A DNA stretch of 64,000 nt from Enoplolaimus lenunculus (lineage: Eukaryota): contig JASANG010000864.1 of the NCBI GenBank assembly GCA_030248215.1, positions 1 to 64,000 on the forward strand, in the 5' to 3' direction. A program made the position numbers and the translations under genes. Below are positions 13,315 through 25,746 of this stretch, piece after piece (the stretch's first letter is position 1; the number at the start of each line of letters is the position of its first letter). Under the pieces are notes generated by a model. The model did no database searches. It was given only the letters and a program-made list of their open reading frames with translations, and had not been told where the DNA came from.

Positions 13315-16300
13315 TAATAAGATTTTAAATCTAAAATAACATGAATAAATGATGAATTTTTAATTTAAGACGTTCTTTGCCTGATGGCAACATTGAAAAC
13401 TGTAATTTTTGTGAAAACATTACTTAAATTGTTTGACAAGTTCGAAATCTATATACTTTCTTAGCTTAAAATTCAAAGTTTAGAAAATCATTTTCACGTG
13501 GAATCCGCTGCCGGCGTTAGGATAGATGACCCCGCAAACAGGTCCGAGGATTTCCCAAATAAAATGTATCACAGCTCCATAACTTCGTGGTCCGCGAAAA
13601 ATTTTTGCTGCCAAGATGATACCAAAAGGGTCGGTCTTTCAATTGTGGGGTTTGGGCAGCGCTTCCGCAAGAAGTCGAGCTCAATATGATATAGGAAACA
13701 GTACCATTTCGAGACGAACAGACGGGTTCACTTCACAAAAGTTACAAACGGTGCTAAAATTTTTTGCATACTTCCCACTCGTTCCAAATTTTTCAACCAA
13801 TGATGAACCGCCCTAACAACCCTCTGGCAACGCGCTTGCATGGCATTAGTGTCTTCTGACAAAAAACCTTACAAAAACTGAAACAATCAGTCTTTAGTCC
13901 AAAATTGGTGGCGAGCGAGAAACACATTGAATGTACACTCATTTACAGTGAAATTTAATACAACGATTACTAAACACACTTTCCTATTTATATATCTAAT
14001 GTTTTCAATTTTTCTACACTGTAGCACAGCGAAACGTGAATGAATATAACGTAAAATGACAGTTGAAAAATTTCCTATAATCTAAAACGCTCATAGTCTA
14101 AATTTAATTATAGCTATGTAATTATTATTATCATTATAATTATTATTATTATTATAATATTAGTAAAATTTGAAATTCCAAAGACGCCTAATTTTACAAT
14201 ACGAAGTATTACTTTCAGTTTTCGTTTATCGTTATGCATTAAATTCGGAAATGTGATATTGGCAGATGATATTAATGATTGTACAGCAATGCACCTTGTT
14301 GCGAATACGTTCAGCGTTGTAACCCTGAAAATGTTAGAGCGGGGGTCAGTGTCGGAGCTTGGTGACGAAGCCCCAAAATTTCTGGGGGGGGTTTACGATG
14401 TTCAAAGTATTTTTCAATTGTTTTGTTTAAAATCTTTTAGGGTGGAGGACCCTCTTTGGTATTTGCCACCGAATGGTCGGTATGGTAGGTGGCTGCATGG
14501 CCATGAGCGGTGTTAATACTGAAAAGGTTTGTATTATATATCAATAACAGTTATTTAGACGTCGAATTGAATAATGTCTATTCAAACTGTAGCGGCCAAT
14601 GTTAGTTTTAGTGGCGTAACAGTAGATTAAGCGTATTCCTAAGCTTGAAGCCCAAGCGTCGCAAAAATGTGTTCCTACTTAAGCCTAATCGTAAACCTAA
14701 GCCTAAACCTAAGCAAAAATATGTAATCTAGAATCTAAACCTACTTTTTTATAGACCCACCATGAAACCTAAACGCCCCGTAAAGTAACATGGGACCAGT
14801 GGTCGAATTCATGATGCTTATGTTGGTAGTAATTTCACTTACAACCGCTTGGCAAAGAAATTGTTTATTGAACTTCTAATGAAATGTAACGTCTTAAATA
14901 ACCGAGCTAAACACTAGCGAATCCAAAGGGAATGGGTGGGTGCCTATGTCTCCGTTAGAAAATTACTTGTGATTACAATTTCTTCCGTGTAGAAAATTGG
15001 CACATATACACCATACAGTAAAAATTGCGTATTATAACTTTTGTCAGCCTGCCCATCATTAGAAGTTTCTGAATCCGCCGCTGTAGCTGAACCAGACAGG
15101 TAAAGAACAATGTTCTACTTCCGTATGTCAGACTGATACATATCCTTGCTGTTTAATATTCAACAATCATAATCATTATACCAATCAGCAATTATTTGCA
15201 ACATAAAACGCAATGCAAAGGTTTACCAGCTCAACTGCACAACTCCACCAATCAGAGACAAGCATTGACAGTTTGAAATCGCAACAAAAAACCATTTCGC
15301 GGACATCTTATCGACCCGACAAACTTTATTCAGCACAAAAAACTTGAACTTGAAAATTATTGCTACACAATTTCAAACTATACTGTATAGGAGATGCCGT
15401 ACGATGAACAGTTTTTGGTGCCCCGGAGCCATCGTTTTGATATAATCGCGAACTTGGACGATAACAAACCCAGCCCTCCACCCACTTTGAACGTTTCAAG
15501 GGCAGCGGCGTATCAGCAGGTCCAACGACGGGGCTCATCTACTGACAGTATATACACATTAGTGAAAAACTTCGCGAGCGAAACGAACGATAAAGCCAAA
15601 TGCAATAATTAACATTAAATCCTAACACAAAGCTTTCGTTGGAAAATCGAAGCGGCTTCAGAAACCCCGTTTCCGTCAGTTGCTACGCCCCTGAAAGAGA
15701 GTATATTTCTGGTTTTTACGAGCAACCGTTGCAATTTTTTTCGAGCCTCAAAACGTTTCGAATGCTTTACTGAGAAGAGCCCTATTATAAGATTTACCCC
15801 TTAAGAAGGGTTTTGTTTTCAAATATACATATACCGGCCGCACCCAGGGTCTTTACCGGTTTTGGCTATGAACGATGGAAACTTTGAGGAAAAGATGAAA
15901 CATAAATTTTTGCAAAAAAAACAGCCTGGGGTCCTTTACTCTTAAAGCCCTTGCAAAGGTATAAGTGTGTACCTTTGGCATCTTTTGATATGGTACGTGA
16001 AACGTTGCTAGCGTCTTTTTGATGGGTGATGCGTAATCGGAGCATAAACGATTCAGTTTAAACTCGTTTTTCCGGTTAATTGAAATTCATTGTGTTTTAA
16101 ACAAGATTCGACGCATTTAGCTTGCTTTTAAAACATTTTCACGTCAAATAAAATACATTTTCAACTGAAATCTATTCTAGAGCTCGGAATTTAATCAGAA
16201 CCAGTAGGTTTTGGGTGGAAGACGTTTACCATGACGGCTTAATCATAAACAAGTGAGCCCAAGCGAAATCTTACATTTTGTAGAGAATATGAAATGCGTT

Positions 16301-17202
16301 TACGCGAAACAGATTCGCACTGTTCATGCAAAATGTAAACTGCTTCGTATACAAAGTGTGTACATACTAAGAAATACTTAAAATTAAGTAAAAACTGTTG
16401 CCAAATTAAGTGTCGGTTTTAGTTACTATGGTGATTTACAAAGTTTTACTTAATTTTAAGCAAACACAAAATTCTTAGCTTTACATTTACTTAAAATCAA
16501 GAAATGACAGCAGTAGTTTTACTTAATTACATTAGGTAAGCAAAGATTTTACTCAATATTTTGTACACTTATGCTTAAAATACGTAGTAAAATATAACTA
16601 AAGTATGTTAAGTAGAGTATTTTCACAGAGTACAGAGCATCTCATGAAACATGTGGAATAGATGAAACTATATTTAAAAGGTCTCCGCTTGAGTCACAGT
16701 TTTTTCAGTCACTTCCAGGTTTCGGCCCATGTACACATCGGGGCGCAACGGTTTACTGCCGGACTGGTATAGAATAAGCTTAAGCTTTCAACTATCTTTT
16801 TTGTTTAGGCTTAAGCTTACGCTTATAGATAAATCTATGTTTATTCTACTGTTACGACCCTGTTCCATGCATTAGCCCTGTATCAAATGTGCGTTAAACG
16901 TTGACCTTTTTAAATCTGAACTTTCGAAGTTTCCTGGCACGTTCGTTTAAATTTATAACACAACAGACCTTTACCGGTAATTGAAAGCGGACATTTGCGA
17001 AAATTGAATTTTACGAACGATTCCTCCGGTAAAAAATAATCAAAAACTTAAAACAGCCGACGCCGAAAAAATGCGTACAAAACCTCTGCAATATTTTTAG
17101 AAATGTTGAAAACACTTAACTGTGATCTTTGGGCCTCGTCGCGGATTTGTTGATTTGTTTTTATCAAATAAAATTAATGTTTTAGAATTTGAAATTAAAC
17201 GT

Positions 17203-17451
17203 ACTGTAAATCCTAGTGAGTTAATTTTAACTCAGAACGAGTTGAATCACTGAGTCTGAGTTAGGACTTTCAGAACTCAGAATTCTGAGTCAATAAAGCT
17301 CACTCTGATTTAATTATTCGACTTACCCGGAGTCAACTGAACTCAGAGCGGGAATCAACTCAACTCAGAGTGAGTTAATGTTTATTGTTATTAACTCAGA
17401 AATAACAAACTCTCTAGCTGAGTTGATTAATCAACTCATTGGAATTACAGT
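17203..17451. mobile_element. Palindromic MITE-like element rich in GAGT/ACTC motifs
   Basis: Imperfect inverted ends ACTGTAAATCC..TGAGTTAATT / AATCAACTCA..GGAATTACAGT. Confidence 0.5.
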
Positions 17452-19602
17452 GTTGTAAGCCACTTCGGTCCAAGTAAAGATCAGGGGCGAACCGTTTTCC
17501 TGCGGGACTGCAATAGAGTAAGTAAGCTTTAGCTTTAGACTGATGTTTTGCTTAAGCTTAGGCTTGAGCATAACCTCTTTCTTACGCTTAGGCTTATGCT
17601 TTAGGCTTAGGCTTAGGAATATGCCTATGCCTCTTTTACGGCCCTGTTCAACTCGAACATTTACATTTTTATTTAAAATTAACATTGCCTTGAACGGGTT
17701 TGCAACATTTCCATAATCTTTGATCTTAAATTCAAACAAACGTTTCTGAAAACCTCACATCGTGGATGCCAGCAGTTCACAGTTGATGTTGTTTCTTGTA
17801 AATAGCAATTTTTTGGATTCAAGCCTAAGCCTAAACCTACTAACTTGCAATCCCGTAGAAAATCAGTACGCACCTGAAACAGTGGCCAATACAAATATGA
17901 CACTTTTTTGTTGCAGAGTGTGACAAGAGTTAATTTTTTGCTTTTCAGTTTCGAAATCCTGGCTAAGCTGTCTGCCAGGTTGTCTATAGAAATTCTTCCA
18001 AAACCGGCTTGCAAAATGCGAAACGAGTTTGACAACAGGAAATATTCCAGCGATTTAAGCTGAACCATATACAACTATTAATATCCTCAAAAGCAAAACG
18101 ATATATACATATTTATATGTATATGTATATGTATTTATATATTATATATATTTATATATATTAATAATTCTCTTAAAATCTTAAAATAATAATAATTTTT
18201 ATTTTACAGAGGCAATCGAAATCGCTTTGATGGTAAAAGTTTATCTCTTCCTCATATTTACAGCCAAATTTTGCCAATTTTACCGATTTATACAGTCAAC
18301 GTCGTATAATCTTTAGAGCATGCTACCTCACTAAAGCGGGCTCGAATGGTGAGGAGGGGGCCTGAATGTCGGTCCCCCTAGATAAATTTTGTCCCCGTTA
18401 GAATCATTTCAACCTCGCTTGCAAGACTTTTGAAATTTTTCTATGTTCCTCCTGAAAACGTTTTTGCCCCCCAAACTTGCTAAACTGGCTTCGATCCTGT
18501 TACATTGAAAGAAAACCGTTTTCCAAAAATTCTCTTTTCGGTTATTTGAAAGCCGCAATTACGCCATATAAGCACATCGTCATTGTTGCTTGAAAATATC
18601 GTATATTTCCAACTGGAAAAAATTATAGACGGGCAGTAATTGAACAAATTATGCCCCCCCACAATAAGGTTCACCTTTGAAGTGTTATGGTACAGAAAGT
18701 TTTACCCGAAATCGCTGTGTGTGTCGTCCTGAAACTTTATCTTTTTCTTTTCTCTTTAAGCTTACGAGCAGCTTGTGACGGGTAAGGGCTTAGAGTCTGT
18801 TTCTGCAGCCTGTGATTCAGGTAATTTTCTTGTAAAATTGGATAATTATTATATAATTTGTCAAAATTTGGCTTGATTTTTTTGCTCGAATTAAGGCTTT
18901 ACCGGGGGCTCAAAAATGTTTTGGGTGTTTTCAACTTTAGTTTTTATAGCTTTCGAATTATGCAGGATTGATAAAATTTACTAGAATTTTAGTTATTCAA
19001 AAATTAAGTGCTCAAATGTCAGGTCTTTTCCGTTCAGTCGGCGTTTGACAAAAAATGGTCGGATTTTGAAAATTTTTTACATATTTGAGCTTCTCATGCC
19101 TTTTGGTGATCATTCTATACTAAAATTAGATTTTTGAATTTTCAAAAAAATGCGCTTTTGTGTCCCCAGGTGCCACACCCCTTGGAATCGAAATAACCAA
19201 ATCAGTTATTATACCATAACTCGGGGACTACGGGTTGTATTTCGAAAAGTTTAACACCATTCGACTCAGCACATCACGTTGAGTTATATACGTAAATTGG
19301 CTAATTTATTGATAAAATCGGTTTCAACGGGTGACCTTAGGCCCAGAAAAAAATCGAATTTTTCGAACTTACGCAATTCAAACAGGATTGCTCAGGGGAA
19401 ATTTATACTTAAGCAAACTTCGAAAAAATTTTCAAATGAATTTTTCTTGTGGTAAATAATAACATCGAACCGCGAAACGTTTTATGTTCCGTTCCGAACC
19501 TAGCTTCAGTTTCTTTTATGAGACCGCATTGAAACCAATCTATCAATCATTTTTGCGTGCAGTGCATGCAACAACGCTACAAACTTTAAAAGCATATAGC
19601 CA

Positions 19603-19671
19603 GGTATTTCAATTCGAGAGGGGATATAAATTCAACCAGTATTTCAAATCGAGAGGGGATATAAATTCAAG
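19603..19671. repeat. 35-bp tandem duplication
   Basis: GTATTTCAA(T/A)TCGAGAGGGGATATAAATTCAA twice. Confidence 0.8.
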
Positions 19672-20756
19672 TAGCTGCTTGTATATATGGAGCGCTCCGA
19701 GCAATTAAATCATTTGTGAATCAGCTTAGCATAGGTTATCTCTTGAAGAACGCCAGTTTTCCTCGATTTAAAATTTCAAAATTCATTCCCTTATAAACGT
19801 CGCTGAATAAACTTCAAAAAAGATCAATTATATATCGATCAGCATTAATAGTTGATGAATGTGAGGAATTTGAAAACTAACTTGCTTTGCGGTCTACGAG
19901 GTCAGGTGTATTGGTCACTTATTTTGCATATATATACTAGTTGCAAGAGAATCCACTGGTCAGCAGTAAATAATCGTTACGGGGAATTAATAGGTTGCAC
20001 GAGTACCCCGATGTACCGACAGTAACACTCCCAAACAAACTTTTAGCTACACTGCCAGAGTCGGGTCTTCAAAAGTGTTCTGGTTTTTGCGCGGGCAACC
20101 TTTTGCCCACACAAAACTCAGTATGGACCACTTGCTTAGCGGTCTTTCGGTCCAGTTGTCCAGAAAATATAGAGGCCCGCCGACGGCGGGCTTGTTTGCA
20201 AAATTTTAGAAAATCTAAACAATAGGCCTTTATTCCATATCTAATTGGCAGGTTGTGATACGGAATCTGCAGCACCGAGTCAAATAATTTCGCAAAACAA
20301 ACACGGGGTTGTTCTTAATACAGAGAATAGAGCCTAAAAGTTCCTACTATATAGTGACCCGAATAAGAGGAGGGGGAAAGGGTCCTCCCCTTGTTATTCG
20401 GTTACGGACTGTTATTTATCTTTAACCCGCCGTCCACCGCCCTTCGTTACTGATATATCCTGTATTGCAACTATCCGTTGAGTTAAACGTTTTATTTGTC
20501 TTGTGTCAATAGTTTGAACGATTGTGCAAGGTTATACTTAGGAATGTACTCTCATAATTTAAGTACGCTTTAAAGTTTCGAACCCAACTATATTTGGTCC
20601 TGGAGTCATTTATGCGCCAAAATTAGGAACAATTGACATTTATAGACCTATTTAAGGTTTAAGGACTCTATCCGCATACGGACTCTTATTAGGGATACGT
20701 GTCAGTCTAGGTCGGAACCGGGACATCAGACCTTTCTACCAAGCAGCTGGAAAAGC

Positions 20757-20828
20757 GGGCTAGAGAGGGGATCGAACTCTCAGCCTATGGATCCGTAAGC
20801 GAGCACTCTACCATTGCGCCACGTAGCC
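20757..20828 (-). pseudogene. tRNA-like sequence in TRIM LTR (copy 1)
   Basis: 72 nt: GGCTACG TGGCGCAATGG (box A) ... GAGAG TTCGATC CCCTC (T arm/box B) TCTAGCC C, followed by GCTTTT. The anticodon stem does not pair, so it is not a functional tRNA; it resembles tRNA-Pro/Arg. Confidence 0.8.
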
Positions 20829-21120
20829 CGCCTGTCCAACTGCATTTTTCGTCGACTATATTTGTCGACCGTATGCTCCCAGCTAGCATACATAGAGTGC
20901 ACTGCACTATATTGCATGTACACATAACGGACAAGCATGTCTCACATGCTTACATGCCCTTATTTTCAACAAGGTCGTCCCTTGACCGTCCATCCTATTT
21001 TCCACTGGATAGCGTGCTCATAGCGCGGCAATTTGTCATTGCGCTCTCACGGCGTAGCCCCCATCTCTGTCAAGGTAGGAACCGGGACATCAGAACTTTT
21101 AACTAAGCAGCTGGAAAAGC

Positions 21121-21192
21121 GGGCTTGAGCGGGGATCGAACTCTTAGCCCATGGATCCTTAAGCGAGCACTCTACCACTGCGCCACGTAGCC
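21121..21192 (-). pseudogene. tRNA-like sequence in TRIM LTR (copy 2)
   Basis: Same 72-nt unit: box A TGGCGCAGTGG, box B GTTCGATCC, followed by TTTT. Confidence 0.8.
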
Positions 21193-21465
21193 CGGCTGTC
21201 CAACTGCATTTTTCGTCGACTATATTTGTCGACCGTATGCTCCCAGCTAGAATACATAGAGTGCACTGCACTATATGGCATGTGCACATAACGGACAAGC
21301 ATGTCTCACATGCTTACAATACGGACTCCTATTGATTGAACCTCAAAATGGCGACCACCCTCTCTACCCCCTTCTTATTCGGGTCACTACAGTGCACAGA
21401 AGTCCCGTTGCATAGCCAGTAGCCTCTACGGAAGTATGTGTAAACCGGAGGATTTACGAATTATA

Positions 21466-21674
21466 CACTGCAAAAAATGGCGTGTCAAATTGACTCCCTC
21501 CAAAATTGGCTTTACGGGACTACACAACTTGCGTCAGATTAGATTCCGCCTGAGTCAAATTCGGCTCACTTAGTCGCACGTTTGACTCTGGCGGAGTCGG
21601 ATTTGACTCAGTTTGTGTAGTCTCGTAGAACCTATTTCGGAGGGAGTCAATTTGACTCACCAGTTTTTGCAGTG
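21466..21674. mobile_element. MITE family C (palindromic; TIR CACTGCAAAAA..GAGTCAAATTGACTC; TA flanks)
   Basis: Copies at 11739-11949, 43031-43193 and 43815-44034 are all flanked by TA; partial copies near 3836-3940 and 37590-37703. Confidence 0.8.
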
Positions 21675-23409
21675 TAGGTATATAAGTGAGGCGTCGTGGA
21701 CATCATACTAGTCGTAGTGTTTCGCAGCACAATATGTCAATGTCAAGACCTGAGTCTTTTGTCTTTACTATTTGTCTCCGGACAACCAGTTTTATCTGCA
21801 TGTCCAACAGATACTAAATCCAAGATTATAATGGTTTAAATTTTCATACCTTGATATTTACATTATGGGTAACACGGGCCCGCAGCCGTGTGGGGGGAGC
21901 GCAATGGTAGGGAAGGCTAAGCGACTTTTAGAAAACTTTCTTCTTTGCTTGTAAGTAAACAAAAAACCCTTATATGCCCCTTTTGAAAAATTTTTAGCCC
22001 CCACGTATTTCCTAGCAAGATGACCTGGCCACGGGCCTGTGGGTAACAATGTGTCATCCAAGGATGCAACCGGCGGTGAAAAAGAGACAAAGAAAATTTG
22101 CCAGAGCGGAGCTGGGGGAAAAACCGGACATTAAGCGTATTTCGGTTTTTAAAATAATGCTTACTTAGCTGATTTTAGCAAATATCTATGAAGAGTTAAG
22201 AATTTTAGTCTTAGGCTTATTTTTTTAAAAATTGAGACAGTTTAATTCTTCAAATTGTAACAATAATTAAAGCAAAACACGCCTAACGATGCAATGTTTG
22301 TTAAACCACTAAAAATTTCACTAAAAAAATTGCCGCAACCTACTGCAGAACTTTTGCCTTAGCCATGACCACAGTTCGATTTTCTACCGAAGCCATAGCA
22401 GGAGACATACCGTCCATTCTCCGAGGCGTGTATTCATTGAAATATGAGTATTATTCCGCTTCAGCAATTTTTCGAAACATAAAAGCGGATCATTTACAAG
22501 GCTTAATAAAATGTTAATCTGCTTTATTCCGAAGGGCCAAAATTATTCTCATCTTTTCTACGCTCGTTCGCAAAAGATCTTTTATAGCATAAAGGTTACT
22601 TTGTACCGATGTCGGATGCTGTCACTACGCCCATTGTTTATCCAGACACGGATGAACCAAGCAAAAAAGCAATACAAAACAATTTCAATTAGGCTGGAAT
22701 TTTATGACCAAAATAAACCTCAAAACTAAAAACGTGAGGACACATTGTGTAGACTGAGAGCAATACTTTTTTTCGACGCTTAGTCTTAGGCATAGGAATA
22801 CGCTTAATCTACTATTACGTCTCTAAAACTAACATTGGCCCATTTAGCATTTCCCCGAGGGCATCAGTTAATGATATACTTAACCACGTTCTAAAGTGAC
22901 AGTTTAAAATATACAGTCAAATATTTTCATTTCAAATTTATAAAAGTAATACTATTTCACTTTCAAGTCAAGCGTATGAAACGATGTGATATCAGTAACA
23001 TACGCGACGCAGCGACGGCCATATATACATTTTATAAATATCTTTGAACATATGGAAAACTGCGGCGAATAGCGGCGGAAGGAAAAATTAAACGGCAGTT
23101 AAGAATGCGATAAAATTTAAAGTCATCCCAGTCAGTAAAACAATGAGGCAGCGAATGGAGTGGAGTGGCTTAAATAGGTGGCCCATGTAAAGTTCAGGGG
23201 CGGAACGTTTTTTTAGTCCTGCAACAGAGTATTGAGCTTAAGCTTTATACTGATTTTTGCATAGACTTTATTAGGCTTTAAAGCTAATCCTTACGCTTAG
23301 GCTTACGGGTCAATGTTACTTTTAGGGGCGTCTAGTTTTCCCGCGGGACAGCAAGACACAGAAGTGTACTGGCAAATTCAGATACTCCTGTCGCCGACAT
23401 GATTACGGG

Positions 23410-24410
23410 CAGATGGGAAAGTGGGACAGGCCTGTTTCGGGCAAATTGGAAAATAGGACAGCTGCAAATTTTCGCTGGGAAAAGGGGACAATGGGACATT
23501 CCTGTTTCGGGCAAACGGGAAAACGGGACAGCTGCAATTTTTCGCTGGAAAAACGGGAAAACTGGTCAGGTTTGTTTCGGCCAAATGGGAAAACGGGAAA
23601 GCTGCAAATTTTTGCGGGTAAACGGGACAATGGGACAGCAATTTTTCGTTCGGAAAACGAGACAGGTTTGTTTCGGGCAAGTGGGAAAGCTGCAATTTTT
23701 CGCAGGGAAAATTGGTCAGGTTTGTTTCGGCCAAATGGAAAAACGGGACAGCTGCAAATTTTCGCTGGGAAAACGGGACAATGGGACAGCAATTATTCGC
23801 TAGGAAAACAAAACAGGTTTGTTCCGGGCAAGTGGAAAACGGGTCAGCTGCAATTTTTCATTGGGAAAGCGGGACAATTTATACAGGCTTGTTTCGGGCA
23901 AACGGGAAAACGGCACAGCGCAATTTTTTGCTGGGAAAACGGGATAGGTTTCTTGCGGGCAAATGGGAAAACGAAACAGCAGCAATTTTACGTTGGGAAA
24001 GCATGACATTGGGACAGGCCTGTTTCAGGCAAGCGGGAAAACGGGACAGAGCAATTTTTCGCTCGGAAAACGAGACAGGTTGGTTTCGGGCAAATGTAAA
24101 ACAGGACAGCTGCAATTTTTCGCTGGGAAAACTGGTCAGGTTTGTTTCGGCCAAATGGGAAAACGGAACAGCTGCAAATTTTCGCTTTGAAAACGGAACA
24201 ATGGGACAGGTCCGTTTCGGCAAATGGGAAAACTTGACATCTGTTCCTTTTCACTGGCAAAATGGGACAGGTTTGTTTCAGGCAAATGGAAAACTGGGCA
24301 GCTGCAAATTTTCCTTGCGAAAACGGGACAGTGGGACAGGTTTCTTTCGGGCAAATGGGAAAACGGGGCAGCAGCATATTTTTGGTGGGGAAACAGGACA
24401 ATGGGACACA
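23410..24410. repeat. Complex ~1-kb tandem array of diverged ~58-70-bp units
   Basis: Recurring CAGGTTTGTTTCGGGCAAATGGGAAAACGGGACAGCTGCAAATTTTCGCTGGGAAAAC(GGGACAATGGGA). Confidence 0.9.
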
Positions 24411-25707
24411 AATTAAACTCTTTTCAAATTATACAAAATTTGTTTGATCGGGGGACGGGAACGAAGATTTTCGTAGTTGGGGTAGCGCCACCTGACTCTC
24501 CGCTCAATACAAATGCGGCCTTGGCAGTCACAGCTGACTTGCATATTACTGCATTTTAACACCATTTATAAAACTGTTCCGTTTACTTTCCGTTCAAAAC
24601 TCGGGTAGAGTTGACAAGTTCTCAACGAGGGGATGCGGAAATAATCGAAAAATCAATTTTTAATCACAATGTCTGGACGGGTCTATTCGGGCGTGGGAAA
24701 CCAGCCGAATTTGAGGGGAACGGCTACCCAATCCCCCGTGTGGACGCCATTGTAACAATATGCTTTCTTTGGAAACGTGAAAATGAGGTAGCTGAAAACG
24801 AGACAGCAACATTCTTTGTTGAGTATCAGGGGACTGCCGTCTCCCTGCACCCCTCGCATTTGGAAGAACCCTAAGCTGGATGGGGAGCTGCCGCCTCCCA
24901 AGCTTATGCACTAACCGATCTTGCTAACCGATCCACAAAACAACAAAGTTTAATAATATTTGCGTATGTACAAGAAGGAGTAGCAAATGCTGTTCTCTGG
25001 CACTATTGCTGTCCCGCAGAAAAACGGGACTCCCCTGAAAGTAACAGTAACATAGGCCTGATGGCCAAAGTAAAAAACAGGAGCCGAATAGTATTAGAAG
25101 CATATTTTTAACCCTAAGCCTAAACCTAAACCTAAGCCTAAGCGTAAGAATGACATATTCATAAGCCTAAGCGTAAGCCGAAGATTAACCCAAGCAAAAA
25201 AATTTGTCTAAAGCTTAAGCTTACTCTTTTCCAGTCCCGCAGAAAAACGTTCCGCCCTTGATCTTTACATGGGCCGTCCAGATAAAGGCCAAGCAACGCA
25301 AGTGCACCTAAGTTTTTGCTCAGGCTTTAGTATTTAGGCTTTAAAATTTGAAACGAATACTTAGCTAGGTTCGTAAAATATTACTCATGTTAATTGAAAT
25401 CTTGAATATCTTATAATGATTCAAGCCGATCGGCACACTCTTGTCAAATTTAATGCTACAATTTATGTGCAAATGAAACCTGTATAAGAGCATAACATTT
25501 AATGATCTGAAGTTTAGTATTTTAGCACGAGAGCCTAAGCTTCGTTTATTCTCGATTTGAATTCACAAAAATCGAAGATAAATTATTCTTTTCACAACGA
25601 TAAAAGGACATTTTTGCAGCAGTGTATGAATATATGTGCAACGGTTTCAGGTGCTTGGCGTAGTGAATGACAATATATTAACTTATTAAGGGACCATTGT
25701 TGATGTA

Positions 25708-25746
25708 ATGATACAGTCAAACATGACGGTTGGAGTGACTGAATAC
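25708..25746 (+). CDS. ctnnb1: beta-catenin-like coding exon 1 ([13 protein letters not shown])
   Basis: ATG at 25708 follows an in-frame TAA; GTGAGT donor at 25747; phase 0 matches exon 2; tttcag acceptor at 25649-25650 upstream. Confidence 0.65.

Larger units (their letters stand above)
20700..21318 (-). mobile_element. Terminal-repeat retrotransposon in miniature (TRIM) with tRNA-derived LTRs (Helenus/Cassandra-type architecture)
   Basis: Direct repeats 20700-20954 (255 bp) and 21068-21318 (251 bp), each TGT..ACA, differing by about 15 substitutions plus one 4-bp indel (manual count). ATACG TSD at 20695-20699 and 21319-21323. 113-bp internal region. On the minus strand, PBS TGGGGGCTACGCC lies 4 nt after the 5' LTR and PPT GAAAATAAGGG lies just before the 3' LTR. 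Confidence 0.9.
20349..21392. mobile_element. MITE family D copy interrupted by the TRIM
   Basis: Colinear with 12878-13314; the empty-site sequence AGGGATACGGACTC is split at ATACG. Confidence 0.85.

Noticed and set aside
20757..21192. Two functional tRNA genes
   Set aside because: The anticodon stem does not pair, the two copies differ in the anticodon region, and both lie inside LTRs.
23332..24559. Many overlapping ORFs of up to 234 aa
   Set aside because: They are translations of the tandem array, open in several frames on both strands, with no recognisable domain.
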